Source: Nannocystales bacterium (GTDB lineage Bacteria > Myxococcota_A > Polyangia > Nannocystales > Nannocystaceae). From it: DNA of 64,000 nucleotides. A program made the position numbers and the translations under genes. A model generated the notes under the pieces. It saw only the letters and a list, made by a program, of their open reading frames with translations. It did not search any database and was not told where the DNA came from. Within the stretch, counting starts at the first letter, position 1. Every line of letters starts with the position of its first letter. The stretch lies in NCBI GenBank assembly GCA_050633305.1, contig JBOEGF010000020.1:131305-195304 (forward strand), given 5' to 3'. Shown here piece after piece: positions 39,636 through 49,291 of the stretch.

Positions 39636-41201
39636 TCAGCGTCCGAGCGCGCACACGTTGTCGAACGTCGAGGTGAGGGCCGGATCGTCCCCGACACCCG
39701 CGCACAGTTCCTCGAGCGCCGTCTCGTCCTCAACGACGTATGCGTCGAAGAATGCGTGCACCACCGAGCCGATGCTCGACTGCCGGGCCGCGGTCCCCGC
39801 TCCAAAATCATGAAGCTCAAACCACCCGCCGACGAAGTCTCCATGCGACGCATCGCGCAACTCGATCTCGAAGAGTTCGGCGTCGGCAGCCGCGACGGAA
39901 GCATGGACGGACCCGGTCTTGTAGACGGCGTATTCGGCTTCGTACTCGGCGAAGAAATCCTCTGGGATTCCCTCGCGGAGGGCCTCGGCCCAGGTACCCG
40001 CGAAGTCTCCCGTCATCCGCAGGTAGGGCTTCGTGGTGCGCTCATCGAGCCGCGCGTAGGTGTCCCCGTCCAGATTGAGCGCAGCACGACAGCGAGGCTC
40101 AATGGAGCAGTAGCGACGGGCCGCCGCCCCACCGAACGAGAATCCCAGGGCGCCGATCGTGGACAGATCGAAGACGCCCTCGAACTGGCCCCCTTCGGCG
40201 CCAAGCGCCTCGAGCTCGGCAACCACAAAGACCGTATCCCGAACCCACAGGTCGAGATGAGCCTGAGCGCCGTCGGCAACCACGGCGTTGGTGTAGTGGT
40301 ATCGCTCCAGAATGCTCGGGTCGACGGGGTCTCCGATCGGCACCGCTAGAAGCTCCGCGATATCGGCTGGCTGAAGGAGAGCCTCGGGGTCAGGCGCGAG
40401 TTCCCGATCAAGGTCAACTTCCATCGCATCCAATGCCACGACCGTCGTGTCACCATCGAGTGTCACCATCGAGGCTTCGCCGGTGTGGCCGATTGACACC
40501 ACCACATAGCCGGACTCGACAAACCGCTCGAACATGGGTTCGTTCTCCTCGACGAAGAGCCCGTACCCATGAGAGTAGAGCAAGACCGGGGCCCCCGCGG
40601 CGACCGGTTGAGCATTCTGGTACGACCGACTCGGGGTGACAGCGCCCCGAAGCAAGTCCAGGAGCGGACCGCCTGGGAACGGGAAGTCGTTCGTCTCGGT
40701 GTGATACGCGTAGTGGCGTCGACTCTCGGCGTCGGCGTCGGCGGCCGCGGGATACCAGATCTTGACCATCAGGGCCCGGCTGTCCCCTTCGTCGAGCCCC
40801 AGAGCCACGCGGATCTCGGGTGTCAGGTGCTCCCAAGCGCCGGCATCCTCGAGAACGATTCTGGTGGTGCCAACGACGAAGCCCCCCTTGGGAGGGACCA
40901 CCCCGTCATCCGTGTCCGTCGTACTCCCGGTTTCGTCGACGCCCCCCGTCTCGTCCACGCCCCCCGTCTCGTCCACACCCGCGGTCGACGTAGAAGCGTC
41001 GGTTTCTGTTTCCGTTCCTGAACCGGCTTGCCCGGGGCTAGGTTCTGCCCCGCAGCCGGGGGCGCTCAGGAGCAACACGGCGAGCGCGGCACGATGCGGA
41101 GAAACAACACGAAGACTACAAAGCGAAGTTCGAAACACGTGCGCGTCGGCTCGTGCAAAGCCCATTCCATGCGGATCGCCCGTCGCGGCACCCGTGCCCA
41201 A
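39636..41201 (-). CDS. PAF-acetylhydrolase-like alpha/beta hydrolase, probable lipoprotein (true start probably ~41110)
   Basis: IWYPA, YSHGYG, GFSFGG nucleophile, NLDG, HGDF; lipobox SAPGC. Confidence 0.82.
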   Translation of the reverse strand: MGTGAATGDPHGMGFARADAHVFRTSLCSLRVVSPHRAALAVLLLSAPGCGAEPSPGQAGSGTETETDASTSTAGVDETGGVDETGGVDETGSTTDTDDGVVPPKGGFVVGTTRIVLEDAGAWEHLTPEIRVALGLDEGDSRALMVKIWYPAAADADAESRRHYAYHTETNDFPFPGGPLLDLLRGAVTPSRSYQNAQPVAAGAPVLLYSHGYGLFVEENEPMFERFVESGYVVVSIGHTGEASMVTLDGDTTVVALDAMEVDLDRELAPDPEALLQPADIAELLAVPIGDPVDPSILERYHYTNAVVADGAQAHLDLWVRDTVFVVAELEALGAEGGQFEGVFDLSTIGALGFSFGGAAARRYCSIEPRCRAALNLDGDTYARLDERTTKPYLRMTGDFAGTWAEALREGIPEDFFAEYEAEYAVYKTGSVHASVAAADAELFEIELRDASHGDFVGGWFELHDFGAGTAARQSSIGSVVHAFFDAYVVEDETALEELCAGVGDDPALTSTFDNVCALGR

Positions 41202-41422
41202 CGTGCGGCCGCGGCCTTCAGCTCACCGCAATTCATGGACTGGCCCGTGCCATCGCAGCGAGACGCAACATGTCGACCCACGGGAGGTCGTTGTGGATTG
41301 GCGTCGCGATCCGCCGCAACACGTCGTGCTGTGGCACATCGCAACAGCGCACCGCCGCGCGGCTCCCGTATTCGGCGGCCGCAGCGACCCGAAGCGTGCA
41401 GCGAAGACATCCCCGCCGCGCG

Positions 41423-41809
41423 TCAAACGTGTTGGTCGATTAGGATCGGATTCCCGTCCGGGTCGGTGAGCACCACGCTCCCGGGCCCAGTCGTCCCCTC
41501 CTCCAGCTCCGTCTGCAACGCCGCGCCGTCGGTCTCGAGTTGCTTCTTGAGCACACGGATGTCGGTGAACTCCTGCAGAGGGTTGCAGCGACTGTCCCAG
41601 CCGGGATTGAACGTCAGCATGTTGCGTTCGAACATGCCCTGGAACAGCCCGATCGACACTGCACCGTTGCGAAGGATTGCCCAGTTATCGCCTCCGAACT
41701 CGCCAACGACCGTGAAGCCCAGTTTGGCGTAGAACGCCTTGGACTCGGCCAAGTCGGAGACCGCAAGGCTGATGGAGAAGGCACCCAGAGAAGAGCTTGG
41801 CGTCGTCAT
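41423..41809 (-). CDS. VOC/glyoxalase-family protein
   Basis: LGAFSISLAVSDL..SKAFY.KLGF, IGLFQGMFE, DPDGNPILIDQHV. Confidence 0.9.
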   Translation of the reverse strand: MTTPSSSLGAFSISLAVSDLAESKAFYAKLGFTVVGEFGGDNWAILRNGAVSIGLFQGMFERNMLTFNPGWDSRCNPLQEFTDIRVLKKQLETDGAALQTELEEGTTGPGSVVLTDPDGNPILIDQHV

Positions 41810-41838
41810 CGGTGCGCGGACGGTAGGATGAGGCGGCC

Positions 41839-42768
41839 GTGTCCGACTTGGCAATTCTTGCGAACCGTGACTACGTCGACCGGGTCAACCGCGCGATCGA
41901 CTATGTGACCAACAACCTCGCTTCGCCGCTCAAGCTCGGCGATGTCGCTCGTGTCGCCTGCTTCTCGCCGCACCACTTTCACCGCATCTTTCGCGGGCTC
42001 ATGGGCGAGACGCTGGCGACGTTCGTGAAACGCGTCCGCCTCGAGCGCGCCGTCTTCCTGCTCTCACACCGCACAGCAACATCGCTCACGGAGATCGCCC
42101 TGGCGTGTGGTTTTGCATCGAGCTCCGAGTTCTCCCGGAGCTTTCGCAACCACTACGGAATGCCACCCCGAGCGTTCGACGTGGATGTCTTCCGGAAGAG
42201 TCGGCGCGAGCAAGGACTCGGCGCGAGCGAGTCGCCACAGGGGCAGCATCGGCTGCAGCAGCTGCCCAAGGGCGAGAACCCCGACGCGTTCAAGGTCCGC
42301 TTGCGCCCCCTCGACGCCCGCCGCGTCGCGTATCTACGGGTCCATCAACCCTACGAAGGCGATGGGGTGTTTGTCGCTGCGCAGAGGCTCCGAGCGTGGG
42401 CCGAGCCCCGCGGGCTCAGCGGCGGCCAGTGGCTTGGGTACCAGTGGGACGACCCGGATATCGTCGCGTTGGACAACTGCCGCTACGACGTGGGGCTGGA
42501 GATCCCCGACACACTCGAAGTGGACGACGAGGTTTCTACGACACGGTTTCCAGCGATGCTCGTTGCGGAGCTCGATATCGCAGGCGGGGTCGAACTCGAG
42601 CTTCGCGCCCTCGACTGGATTTACACGACATGGCTCCCTCGCAGCGGCTTTGCGCCGGACAACCAACCCGGGTTCGAGGCGTTCAACGGCTGGCCTTTCG
42701 AACACGGTCAGGAATACTTCGAGCTCCGCGCCCAGATCCCGGTGGTGGACGCCAAGCTGCCTCTTTAG
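41839..42768 (+). CDS. AraC-family regulator with GyrI-like domain
   Basis: FSPHHFHRIF..GET, TEIALACGF; C-terminal WDDPDIV..CRYD, WLPRSG. Confidence 0.92.
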   Translation: MSDLAILANRDYVDRVNRAIDYVTNNLASPLKLGDVARVACFSPHHFHRIFRGLMGETLATFVKRVRLERAVFLLSHRTATSLTEIALACGFASSSEFSRSFRNHYGMPPRAFDVDVFRKSRREQGLGASESPQGQHRLQQLPKGENPDAFKVRLRPLDARRVAYLRVHQPYEGDGVFVAAQRLRAWAEPRGLSGGQWLGYQWDDPDIVALDNCRYDVGLEIPDTLEVDDEVSTTRFPAMLVAELDIAGGVELELRALDWIYTTWLPRSGFAPDNQPGFEAFNGWPFEHGQEYFELRAQIPVVDAKLPL

Positions 42769-42811
42769 GGGCCGCAGCCGGTCGGAGCAACCCCCGAGCG
42801 TCTACGCGCCG

Positions 42812-44671
42812 CTACTCACAACGGGTGGCGTGCACCTGCCAGGCATCTCGCCCGAGCCCATCGACCTGCGGACCCTCGGTCACATATTGGTCGCGAAGGT
42901 AGACCACGATGTTTCCCATGTCGCGCTCGCTGACGTTCGTCAAGCTCCAGTTGAGCCCATCGCTGTAGCGGTCAAAGCCCTCCTCGAACCACCCGCCGCG
43001 ACTGCTGCCAGGACCGTAGTCCGGGAGCGACCATGCCTGGCCGTCGCCATCGAAACCATCGCCTGTACTTGCGTGCACACGCCACGCGGTGCGCCCCAGG
43101 CCGTTGGTCGACGGCCCCTCGGTGACGTATGGGTCGCGGTCGTGGACGATCAGGTCGGCGGCGCCGTCGCCCGTCACATCTCGAAGTGTCCAGTTGAGGC
43201 CATCGCTGTATCGATCGCTGCCTTCCTCGAACCAACCGGCGGCGCTGGTGCCCGGTCCGTAGTCCGGTAGGGACCAGACCACGCCATCACTGTCGAAGCC
43301 CTCGCCATTGTTCTCGTGGACGCGCCATGCAGTCCGACCCAGACCATCCGTGGAGGGGCCTTCGCTGACGTACTCGTCGCGGTCATGCACGAGCAGATCG
43401 GGTCGGCCGTCTCCGGTCACATCGGCGAGTGACCAGTTGAGCCCGTCGCTGTAGCGGTCGAAACCTTCGCGGAACCAGCCCGTTCCACTCGTGCCTGGCA
43501 GGCCGTAGTCCGGAAGGGACCAAACGAGCCCCTCTTCCGCGAACCCATCCTCGCCTCCAATGTGCACACGCCACGCGCTGCGACCGAGCCCGTCGGTGCT
43601 GGGCCCTTCGGTGACGTATTGGTCGCGACCTTGCACGACCAGGTCCCCCCTCCCGTCGCCGTCGATGTCGAGCAAGGACCAGTTGAGACCGTCGCTGTAG
43701 CGGTCGAACCCCTCTTCGAACCACCCCGCGCTGCTGGTACTGGGACCGTAGTCCGGCAGAGACCACACAGTGCCCCCTTCATCGAATCCATCAGTGGTGT
43801 TCGCGTGGACTCGCCATGCCGTCCGCCCGAGACCGCTCGTTTCGGGGCCTTCGGTGACGTACGGGTCGCGCTCATGGACCACGAGGTCGGGGCCCGCACC
43901 CGTGAGTGAGAGCAGAGACCAGTTGAGCCCGTCGCTGTAGCGGTCGTAGCCCTCTTCGAACCAACCCGCACTGTTGAGGGCGGGGCCGTAGTCGGGCAGT
44001 GACCAAGCGTCACCGTCAGCGTTGAAGCCGTCTCCAGCATTGGCGTGAATTCGCCACGCTGTACGCCCGAGGCCGCCCGTCTCGGGGCCCTGCGTGACGT
44101 ACTGATCACGGTCGTGCACGACAAGGTCTGCGGTACCATCTCCATCGAGGTCACGAAGGGACCAGTTGAGCCCGTCGCTGTATCGGTCGAAGCCTTCTTC
44201 GAACCAGCCCACGCTGTTGGTGCCGGGCCCGTAGTCGGGAAGGGACCACGCCACAGGTTCGTCCTCGAAACCAACGGGTGTGCAGGAGAAGCATCCCGAC
44301 GTGTCGAACGTGCATGCGTCCGAGCATGCAAGGGTGCCTCCGGTGAAGCCTTGCGACGCGCATGTCTCTGAGCCCAAATCGGCGCCGTCACAGGCCTCTC
44401 CCGCGTCGATGGCTACGCCATCACAGGTCTCGGGCACTCCGGTGCTGCCCCCGCCTTCGGTGTCCCCGCTGCCGCCCGAGTCCTCCATGCCCGGGTCAGT
44501 CCCCACCGACCCCGACACACCACCACCTCCCGGTCCACCGCTCGGCTCGCTGGAGCCCGTCGAGCTCGCGGGATCTCCGTCGGTATCGACTTCGCCCGCC
44601 GCGGTGTCCCCGCAAGCCATCGCCAGAAGGAGGAGTGGGGACCACGCCAGGATGCACGACGAACGGAGCAT
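42812..44671 (-). CDS. Lipoprotein with Cys-rich stalk and six ~80-aa FG-GAP-like repeats
   Basis: Lipobox LAMAC; GEACDGADLG..C..QGF.GGTLAC; six copies of WSLPDYG..GWF.EG.DRYSDGLNW. Confidence 0.88.
   Translation of the reverse strand: MLRSSCILAWSPLLLLAMACGDTAAGEVDTDGDPASSTGSSEPSGGPGGGGVSGSVGTDPGMEDSGGSGDTEGGGSTGVPETCDGVAIDAGEACDGADLGSETCASQGFTGGTLACSDACTFDTSGCFSCTPVGFEDEPVAWSLPDYGPGTNSVGWFEEGFDRYSDGLNWSLRDLDGDGTADLVVHDRDQYVTQGPETGGLGRTAWRIHANAGDGFNADGDAWSLPDYGPALNSAGWFEEGYDRYSDGLNWSLLSLTGAGPDLVVHERDPYVTEGPETSGLGRTAWRVHANTTDGFDEGGTVWSLPDYGPSTSSAGWFEEGFDRYSDGLNWSLLDIDGDGRGDLVVQGRDQYVTEGPSTDGLGRSAWRVHIGGEDGFAEEGLVWSLPDYGLPGTSGTGWFREGFDRYSDGLNWSLADVTGDGRPDLLVHDRDEYVSEGPSTDGLGRTAWRVHENNGEGFDSDGVVWSLPDYGPGTSAAGWFEEGSDRYSDGLNWTLRDVTGDGAADLIVHDRDPYVTEGPSTNGLGRTAWRVHASTGDGFDGDGQAWSLPDYGPGSSRGGWFEEGFDRYSDGLNWSLTNVSERDMGNIVVYLRDQYVTEGPQVDGLGRDAWQVHATRCE
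42815..44251 (-). repeat. Six tandem intragenic ~240-bp repeats
   Basis: DRYSDGLNW recurs six times at about 80-82 aa spacing. Confidence 0.9.
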
Positions 44672-44857
44672 GTGCGCATCAGACGGATGGGGGTGCGCCG
44701 AGTTGCAAACTCGGACGGTTTTGGCCGGGTTCAGGGTGGCTCCAACATTGGTGCAAAACGGGGGGCGGAAGTCCGTTCGTGAGCCCCAGGTCCAAGCACG
44801 GGCAGCGGTCGCGGCGATGCGACCTCGTCAGGCTCCGGCGCGGCACGTACGCTCACG

Positions 44858-45349
44858 ATGATGGATGTGCGCGCGCCGGTTGGACGTCGCCGGTGGGCGA
44901 GCGGTCACACCAACGTCGCCGGCTTGTGTGTGCTGCTACTCGCCGTGGCGTGCACAACGGTCTCACCGGGCACACCGCCGTCGCAGCAAGCCTCCCCCAT
45001 CCCGAGCGCCCGCGCCGAACCGCTGCCGCCGAGTCCGATCGGAGAAGGACCGGAGGGGTCTGGCGCTGTTTCCGAATCCGACGTCGACTGCTCGACGGCC
45101 TCCGACTGCCAGTGGGTCAACGTACGGATCGAGGACGACGGCACCTGCTGCCGCTACCGATGCCACGAGACACCCGCTTCCCGCACCGTCGCCAAGCAGG
45201 CCAATGCCGAATGCCGGGCGCGGCCCGAGGCGGAGCTGTCCGCCCCCAGAGGTGCGACCTCCGAGGCCTGCGTTCGCCGGAAGTGCAACAAGCCTCCGCC
45301 GCTCGAGTGCCTCGATGGTCGGTGTGTTCGCGCAATGGCGCCCGGCTAG
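44858..45349 (+). CDS. Hypothetical Cys-rich lipoprotein (start uncertain)
   Basis: Lipobox LLLAVAC; CSTASDC..CC..C modules. Confidence 0.55.
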   Translation: MMDVRAPVGRRRWASGHTNVAGLCVLLLAVACTTVSPGTPPSQQASPIPSARAEPLPPSPIGEGPEGSGAVSESDVDCSTASDCQWVNVRIEDDGTCCRYRCHETPASRTVAKQANAECRARPEAELSAPRGATSEACVRRKCNKPPPLECLDGRCVRAMAPG

Positions 45350-45532
45350 TTCCCGAGTCCACCACGACCGCGGTCGGCGGACCCGACGCCTACCCGCGGC
45401 GACCCAAGCAAGGACGACAAGCGCGGCGGGCGAGCCCAGGAGCGTTGCCTCACGCGCTCCTCTTCTCTGACGGCCGCGATGGCCAGCAGCTCCGCAGGGA
45501 GCACCTCCACGCCCTCGCCCGCTGCGGCTAAG

Positions 45533-47386
45533 ATGCCGGCCGTGGAAGCGTCAGCGATCCAAGCCTTCGTGAAGAGCGTCGTCGAGAACATGCCGGCGGA
45601 CTGGTTGAACCTGACCACGCACCGACTGGACATCTACGACGAACCGCTGGCGAAGACGCAGTTCCTGGAGCGGTTCGAAACGCTGCTCGACCAACAGAAC
45701 CCCGACCCCGCGGCGCTGGCTGAGCTGCCAACGGCGTTCGACTACATCCGCTTGGGTCACCCGTTGTCGTGCGTCCTCGAGTGGGCGATCGCGAAAGCGC
45801 ATGGGCTCGACGCGGACAACGTGATCAGCTTTTCGTCGAGGACCGCTCCGCTCTTGGCGGTCCTTCGGAAAAACCTGCTCACCGACCGAAGCACCCTGAT
45901 CGCGTACACGGGAGAGCTCCCGAGCTTCCTCGATGTCGACGTCCTCAGAAACGTGTACGGCTACCGATTCGAACTCCAGCCCGTCGACGGCCCGCAGACC
46001 ATCTCGTCGCAGGCCGACAGCACCGTGTTCATTTCGGAGTCCGATGACGTCACGAAGTTCGGGCTCAGTCCCGGCATCGACTTCCACGTGAGGCTGCACC
46101 GCGAATGGGGGAGCATGATCGTCGTCGATGGCGAGCGGGCCGAGGACTACGTCTCGGAGATCCAGCACACGCGTCGAAGAGAAACGATTGCCATGACGCC
46201 GGCCAACAGCCTGCTGGCACTGCAGAGCCTCACCCAACAGAGTTCTGCTCCCACACAACGTGATCCCCAGGCCGACAAGGCCAGCGTTCTCGAGTCGATT
46301 CGTCTCATCACCGGGACCAACGCGCCCGCGCGCGTCGGGTCCAGCGGGCTCTCCATGCAGTACGCGATCGTGATGGGGTTGGTCGATCACGCGCTGGAAC
46401 ACCACAGCGGCAAACCGATCCGGATCGTGGTGCCGCCCAACTGCTACGGCGGGACCAATGACCAGGCACGACGCGTCGCCGCGTGCAGACCGGACATCGA
46501 AGTCGTGGACCTCCCTGTCGACGGGGGTCGGGACATGGTCCAAAGCACCGACGCTGTCCTCGAGCAGATCGCCGCCGAAGATGCTGTCCCCTACATCATC
46601 GCCGAGATCCCCACGAACCCCCGCGTCGAAGTTCCAGACCTCGAGAAGCTGCGCGAGGTTCTCTGCAAAGAACGCCGCACGTCCAGCGGGGAGAAGGCGG
46701 TCGAGCCGGTCTTCATCTTGGACCAGACCTTCTGCCCCAACATCCGCTTCTTGAGCGAGGGCAGCATCCTCTCCCCGGTTCAAACGATCGCCTACGTGAG
46801 TGGCTCGAAGTTTCCCAGCGGTGGACGCTGCACGGCCGGCTACTGCGTCGCGAATGCGAGGGCCGAGGGCTTCCTGGAGAAGATCGGACTGCACCTGCAG
46901 CTTTGCGACAACGAAGCGACACAGCACCAGCTGCAGGTTCTGGCGCAGCAACTTCCATCCATGCTCGAGCGCATCGAGGCCGCCTACGCAAATACGCGTG
47001 ACTTCGTGAACTTCATCCGGGACGTGCTCCCAGAGGCCAAGATCAACTTCGTCTCGGACGAGCTGGCACGCCAGGGCTTCACCCCCTCGGTGTTCTCCCT
47101 CGACTTGCCCACCCAAGGAGACACCGACGAAGAGCGCGAGGCCCACAAACGTGCGTCCAACCTCAAGCTCATCCACTTGATGATCGGTGAGATCCCAAGC
47201 GAGAGTAAGTTCTGCGTCAGCTACGGCCAGCTCAAGGGCTGCTACTGGACGGTCCCTGCAACCTCCACGCAAGGCACGACCAAAGAGGGCGACAAGGACT
47301 ACATCGTCCGCGTCGCAGTCTCCCCGAACCTGGACCTACAGCGGCACAAGGCCGTGTTCCGAGACTTCGTGAAGCAGGGTCTGTAG
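45533..47386 (+). CDS. PLP-dependent enzyme of the Cys/Met metabolism fold with long N-terminal region
   Basis: DYIRLGHP, SSG, CYGGT, EIPTNP, LDQTF; SGSKFPSGG carries the probable PLP lysine. Confidence 0.8.
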   Translation: MPAVEASAIQAFVKSVVENMPADWLNLTTHRLDIYDEPLAKTQFLERFETLLDQQNPDPAALAELPTAFDYIRLGHPLSCVLEWAIAKAHGLDADNVISFSSRTAPLLAVLRKNLLTDRSTLIAYTGELPSFLDVDVLRNVYGYRFELQPVDGPQTISSQADSTVFISESDDVTKFGLSPGIDFHVRLHREWGSMIVVDGERAEDYVSEIQHTRRRETIAMTPANSLLALQSLTQQSSAPTQRDPQADKASVLESIRLITGTNAPARVGSSGLSMQYAIVMGLVDHALEHHSGKPIRIVVPPNCYGGTNDQARRVAACRPDIEVVDLPVDGGRDMVQSTDAVLEQIAAEDAVPYIIAEIPTNPRVEVPDLEKLREVLCKERRTSSGEKAVEPVFILDQTFCPNIRFLSEGSILSPVQTIAYVSGSKFPSGGRCTAGYCVANARAEGFLEKIGLHLQLCDNEATQHQLQVLAQQLPSMLERIEAAYANTRDFVNFIRDVLPEAKINFVSDELARQGFTPSVFSLDLPTQGDTDEEREAHKRASNLKLIHLMIGEIPSESKFCVSYGQLKGCYWTVPATSTQGTTKEGDKDYIVRVAVSPNLDLQRHKAVFRDFVKQGL

Positions 47387-47417
47387 CCCGAGCCCGTGCC
47401 CGCCCGCACCCCACCCA

Positions 47418-48056
47418 GTGCTAAGCAGGTCCCCCGTGGGTGAGCCCCAAACCGCGTGCATTGTTGTCGCTCAGCGTGGGCTCGGCCAGGACCGAGCCGC
47501 CGTTGAGTCGCACGCCGGCACGACCACTCTTGTCCTCGCGGACGGCGCGGGGGGACGGGTCGGCGGGCTTCGAGCCGCGGAGCTCAGCGTGACAACTGGG
47601 CTCCAGCGAATGCGTGATGCCGACGGGACAACTCCGTCGACGGTGATTCGCGAGCTCGACCAACTCCTTCTCGCGGACGAGACTGCTGGGGAAGCCACAT
47701 TCGTTCTTGCCCAGGTCGTGGGCCAGGAACTTCGCGGGGCGAGTGTCGGCGACTCCGGCGCCTGGCTGATCAGCGACGCGACGTACCGCGACCTCACCCA
47801 CGACCAGACCCGGAAGCCGATGCTCGGGAGCGGTGACGCAGGGGTCAGCCCGTTCGCAACGCCGATCGTCTCCGAGACACTGCTGATCGCCAGCGACGGT
47901 CTACTGAAGTACTCGTCCCCGCAGACGATCTGCCAAATCGTCCGCAGTGCGCGGAGCCTCGACGCCGCAGGTACGCAGCTGATCGACAGCGTCCGTCTAC
48001 GCTCCGGGGCACTGCAGGACGATACGAGCCTGATCCTTCTGCGTCGGCCAACCTGA
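47418..48056 (+). CDS. PP2C-family phosphatase
   Basis: GQDR, LADGAGG, VGDS, ASDGL, QDDTS. Confidence 0.85.
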   Translation: MLSRSPVGEPQTACIVVAQRGLGQDRAAVESHAGTTTLVLADGAGGRVGGLRAAELSVTTGLQRMRDADGTTPSTVIRELDQLLLADETAGEATFVLAQVVGQELRGASVGDSGAWLISDATYRDLTHDQTRKPMLGSGDAGVSPFATPIVSETLLIASDGLLKYSSPQTICQIVRSARSLDAAGTQLIDSVRLRSGALQDDTSLILLRRPT

Positions 48057-48189
48057 CTCGAGCGGCTTTTCGTGAGCCGTCGCCGAGAGTTTCAGAACCA
48101 GACCGACGACGTATTCACCCCGGTGGTCACTGCGGGAATCAGATGCAGCTTCTTCTGAGCGCCGTCTCGCGCGAGGCGGCGGGAGGATG

Positions 48190-48807
48190 CTACGGCTTCA
48201 CAACCGAAGCCCCGATCGGCTTCAGCTTGTCCAGCTCAAGCGTCGCGCCCGGTCGATCGCCAGCGTAGCTGAGGCTGAACAATCGAGACTCCCCCTGCCG
48301 AAACATGAGATGGCTGTCCTTCGCCCGGAACACACCACCGTCGGCGAGTCCCTGGACGGCTTCGAACCCCTCCGCCTTCTTGGCTTCGAGCATACGGCTC
48401 GCCCAAGTGTCGAACTTGTTCCCGCTGGGCTCCACCGTCACCTGGAGCCCGATCATCTGGCCGTCGAAGCTCCATGTACACGACTTGGCGTCGTCGTTGA
48501 CTCGACCCGCGTCGAGCTTGTCTCCGACATCGAGTTTTGCGTCTTCGGCGAGGCCCAGCTGCGCCCGCAGCACAGCCTCGTCGACGAGCGTGCAAGGGTT
48601 GGGCAACCCGGGTGCCGTCGGTTGCTTGGCATCGTCCGCCTTGCTTGGGGTTCCATCGTCCGCTTTCGGCACATTGGACTCCTTCCCCTCGCTCTCCGCC
48701 GAGTCGGTCTTCGCGGGCTCGGTGCCCTTGTCGCAGGCCTGCAAGCTCAGGAACAAGGTGATTGGGGCGATCCGCTGCAGGGTCTTCCGATCCACGCTCC
48801 GGAGCAT
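48190..48807 (-). CDS. Hypothetical lipoprotein
   Basis: Lipobox LSLQAC; NPCTLV and KSCTW disulfide pattern. Confidence 0.7.
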   Translation of the reverse strand: MLRSVDRKTLQRIAPITLFLSLQACDKGTEPAKTDSAESEGKESNVPKADDGTPSKADDAKQPTAPGLPNPCTLVDEAVLRAQLGLAEDAKLDVGDKLDAGRVNDDAKSCTWSFDGQMIGLQVTVEPSGNKFDTWASRMLEAKKAEGFEAVQGLADGGVFRAKDSHLMFRQGESRLFSLSYAGDRPGATLELDKLKPIGASVVKP

Positions 48808-49291
48808 ACAACGCTGCACGAAGGCCATCACCTTCCCCCGCTCCGACACCTCGAGTGGTAGGCGTGTCGATGGCGCGTCCTCATGTGCGCCTGCGGGGTC
48901 CTGCGGGGGGACAGAGTTTGAGTACCAGTGCCAGCCGAGCCCGTCACTGCAGGGACTCGGTGGGAGCACAACCGCAGTGGATCAGCTCGGGACCCCGCGC
49001 TCGACAGCCTGCTTCCCGGGCTCCATTGAGGTCCCGTCGTAGGTGCCGGACCGGCGCTTCAGGTACGATGTCCGCTCGGGCAGCGCGCCTTGTGCACGCC
49101 GTCTTGGGCGAGGCTAGATGGCGACGCGGCGCGCGCCAATGGGCGGCTGGAGAGTCGGTTCGAATCCCATTGTGACTTGGGAAACACCCCAACGATCCGG
49201 CGTCGCCCCCCTGGGGTCGACGTGCCAGACTCCCGCGATGAATTTGCGAGCCCAGGGGTCCAAAGGGGTCACCGAGACGCTGAACAAGGTG

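Noticed and set aside
40926..40981. Three 18-bp repeats encoding GVDETG, and GCCGAA repeats near 8200-8220
   Set aside because: Ordinary low-complexity linker expansions that keep the frame; no sign of phase variation.
42815..44251. Regularly spaced DNA repeats considered as a CRISPR array
   Set aside because: They are in-frame ~240-bp coding repeats with synonymous variation, no unique spacers and no cas genes.
49157..49167. GGTTCGAATCC, a tRNA T-loop-like sequence
   Set aside because: The T-stem pairs poorly and no acceptor, D or anticodon arms are evident. A similar string near 58597 lies inside the WYL gene.
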